Shown in pieces: positions 35,537 to 37,569 of a DNA stretch of 37,569 nucleotides. The stretch is from NCBI GenBank assembly GCA_008932955.1, contig WBXE01000001.1, positions 1 to 37,569 of the forward strand, written 5' to 3'. How positions within the stretch are numbered: the stretch's first letter is position 1; the number at the start of each line of letters is the position of its first letter. This DNA is from Verrucomicrobiota bacterium (lineage in GTDB: Bacteria > Verrucomicrobiota > Verrucomicrobiia > Verrucomicrobiales > Akkermansiaceae). A program made the translations under genes and the position numbers. The notes under the pieces are model-generated. The model made no database searches and was not told where the DNA came from. It saw only the letters and a list, made by a program, of their open reading frames with translations.

Positions 35537-36399
35537 CGCGGCGGCAGGTGCCAGGGTGGGTTTTTCTCCAAATTCTCTTTCACGAAGTCCTTCAGATATG
35601 AGTCTGGCAAGGCTTCGGCCGCGTTTTTGAACACCGAAGGCGGGACCACGGCCATCTGCAATTGCAGGGCGGCGAAGAAAATGCAGGCGGCAGCGAGGAT
35701 GCGCCAGGCGGCAAGTGGTTGGGACTCGACCCGGTGGCCACCCGCGTGATCCCACAGGGCATTGCCGAGGCGCTTGGCCGTGAAATAACTCAGCGTCTGA
35801 CAAAACAACGCCAGCAAACTCCAGCCCAGGCCAATGCCGCCACCCAGGATGCGGAACGAGCGCAAGGTGGCGGATCTGAGGCTGAGGTGGGTGCCATTGG
35901 TATTGACCACGCGCAGTCCGAACAGCCACTTGCCGGGCGTGGTGGCGAAGCGGTGGATGAGGATGGATTCCGCGATGAACCACGGCACGAGTTGCCCCGC
36001 CATGATCCAGAGGTTACTGAAAACGGCATCAATATTGCGCTCGGTGATCCACATGCACAGCCACCAAGCTGCGATATAGATATGGATATCGAGCCAGCGC
36101 GCCCAAAATCGCCGTCCTAACACCGGCGAGGTGGTCGGCGGCGGTGGCGAGGCACCTGCCGCAGCGAGTAGCGCGGCATCTTCTTCGTCGTCGGTTGGGC
36201 CGGCATCCAGGTCGCCTAACTGAACCCAGTTCATATCATCCTTGAAGATGGCCATTTCGCACAGCGGGCGCCAGGCGTCCAAACCCTCGTGCCAAGCGTG
36301 GGTGCCGCTGGCCAGTTCGCCGGCTTGAAGCCTGCGGCGAGCCTCGTAATCATGAATGGGGCCGATTTTTTCGCCGTTGCGGATGATCCAGATGTCCAT
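35533..36399 (-). CDS. RDD family membrane protein with N-terminal GYF_2 (DUF4339)-like domain
   Basis: IWIIRNGEKIGP...WHEGLDAWRP; RRFWARWLD, TPGKWLFGLRV, LWDHAG. Confidence 0.88.
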   Translation of the reverse strand: MDIWIIRNGEKIGPIHDYEARRRLQAGELASGTHAWHEGLDAWRPLCEMAIFKDDMNWVQLGDLDAGPTDDEEDAALLAAAGASPPPPTTSPVLGRRFWARWLDIHIYIAAWWLCMWITERNIDAVFSNLWIMAGQLVPWFIAESILIHRFATTPGKWLFGLRVVNTNGTHLSLRSATLRSFRILGGGIGLGWSLLALFCQTLSYFTAKRLGNALWDHAGGHRVESQPLAAWRILAAACIFFAALQLQMAVVPPSVFKNAAEALPDSYLKDFVKENLEKNPPWHLPPR

Positions 36400-36402
36400 G
36401 GT

Positions 36403-37569
36403 TCAGAGGTTGCGGAGGGATTTGGCTGCATCCGAGCGAGCGGCGAAAAACGCCGGCACCAAGGCGGCTAGTGAGCACAGGATGAAGGCCATCACCGCGA
36501 TGACCGCCTGCTCTAGCGGATTATTGAATGCCGGAAGCTTGCCAAAACCGGTGAAAGAAGCTGAAAACGGATCGAAGCCCAGCGCGCGGGCCGCGCCCTG
36601 AATTTCCCCGCGAAACAAGATGACCAGGCGACCGAGGGCCACACCGAGCAGCGCGCCGAGCACGCCGAGAATCATCCCTTGATAGAGGAAGACCCGCACG
36701 ATTTGGCCGGGGGCGGCACCGAGAGCTTTCATCACGCCGATTTCCCGGCGTTTCTGGATGGTGACGGTGAACATGACGGCCATCATCGAAAAGGCTGAAA
36801 CCAACACGATGAATGAGAGCGCGAAATACATCATGACCCGCTGCTGGTTGATCAGCGCGAAGAACGCCTGGTACTGCTCGCCCCAGGTGAGCAGCGACCA
36901 GTCGGGTCCGAGGGATACGCGTGCCGCGGCGGCCACCGGCTCGGCGAGATACGGGTCGTCCAGGCGCAAGGCGATCCCTTGCACCGCATCCTCCAGACCA
37001 GCTAGGTTCTGGGCCAGCGGCAGCGGCATGAACACATCGGGCGTGATGGCCATTTGCGACGCTTGATAGACCCCGCTGACCTCGGCCTCTTTGGGCAGCA
37101 CAATGCTCTTGAGGCCTTTGAGAATATCGCCGTCCATTTTTTCGGCATCGCTCGAATTGAGTGCGGCAACGGCTTTTTCGATGCTAGCTTTATCATCGGC
37201 CTTAAAATGATAGGCCGGGTCATTCAGCGCCGGGTCCATGGCCACGAGGATGGTGTTGAGCCACGCTTGCTCCGGCTTGCGGATGTTGGCCGAGTAAATC
37301 CGATAGAGCGGCTCGTAGATGCCGGACTCAAGCACCTTGGCCGGTATGGAAAACCCGTCCTTTTCTGGATGCCAAGCGGCGGCTAGCATGGCCGTGGCTT
37401 TTTTCCAGATGGTGGCGTAGGCCTCGCGCACGGGCGGGTTTTCCGTCGCTTTGTACGCTCGCATGACTTCCTCGAAATTGCGGGTCGAGTAGAGGCGGAG
37501 TTTGTCGCCGACGCTGATGCCGAATTGCTCCGCCAGCAGCGATGACACAACCACCCGGTCGTCAATCCC
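36403..37569 (-). CDS. LolC/E (FtsX-like) ABC transporter permease, 5' end outside window
   Basis: LAEQFGISVGD, FMPLPLAQ, IALRLDDP, KRREIGVMKALGA, IVRVFLYQG, LVPAFFAAR; frame open to the window edge. Confidence 0.9.
   Translation of the reverse strand, partial: GIDDRVVVSSLLAEQFGISVGDKLRLYSTRNFEEVMRAYKATENPPVREAYATIWKKATAMLAAAWHPEKDGFSIPAKVLESGIYEPLYRIYSANIRKPEQAWLNTILVAMDPALNDPAYHFKADDKASIEKAVAALNSSDAEKMDGDILKGLKSIVLPKEAEVSGVYQASQMAITPDVFMPLPLAQNLAGLEDAVQGIALRLDDPYLAEPVAAAARVSLGPDWSLLTWGEQYQAFFALINQQRVMMYFALSFIVLVSAFSMMAVMFTVTIQKRREIGVMKALGAAPGQIVRVFLYQGMILGVLGALLGVALGRLVILFRGEIQGAARALGFDPFSASFTGFGKLPAFNNPLEQAVIAVMAFILCSLAALVPAFFAARSDAAKSLRNL

Overview
High-GC bacterial chromosome segment, most likely from a Verrucomicrobiota (Luteolibacter/Verrucomicrobiaceae-like) organism; the taxon is inferred from protein style and not verified. 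It is mostly housekeeping: ppdK (partial, missed by the ORF track), M32 carboxypeptidase, nth, prfB with its programmed +1 frameshift, proBA, a PfkB kinase, folC, class II RNR nrdJ with an NrdR box, an ABC exporter, rlmH, tsaB, truA, a HAD phosphatase, nadE, LPS genes (acyltransferase, GT9, gmhB, RfaE-II type adenylyltransferase), pgi, apt, manC, ruvX/yqgF, an RDD protein and a partial LolC/E-type permease. A 2.5 kb accessory islet carries an antitoxin/PIN-toxin pair, a frameshifted lnt-like remnant and an Rpn-family nuclease. Most of the unexplained structure is intergenic. At least five families of short palindromic elements recur: a ~115 bp REPIN-like element in 4 copies whose two ends share a structure but not a stem sequence; a ~200 bp composite element seen filled (2x) and apparently empty (1x), with an 8 bp CTAG-centred direct repeat around one copy; and heptamer/nonamer-periodic palindromes. 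Several overlap or abut stop codons. The other leads are a histone H1-like tail on PPDK and a tandem pair of paralogous membrane-anchored coiled-coil proteins followed by a small lipoprotein. All alignments were made by eye; no database search was run.
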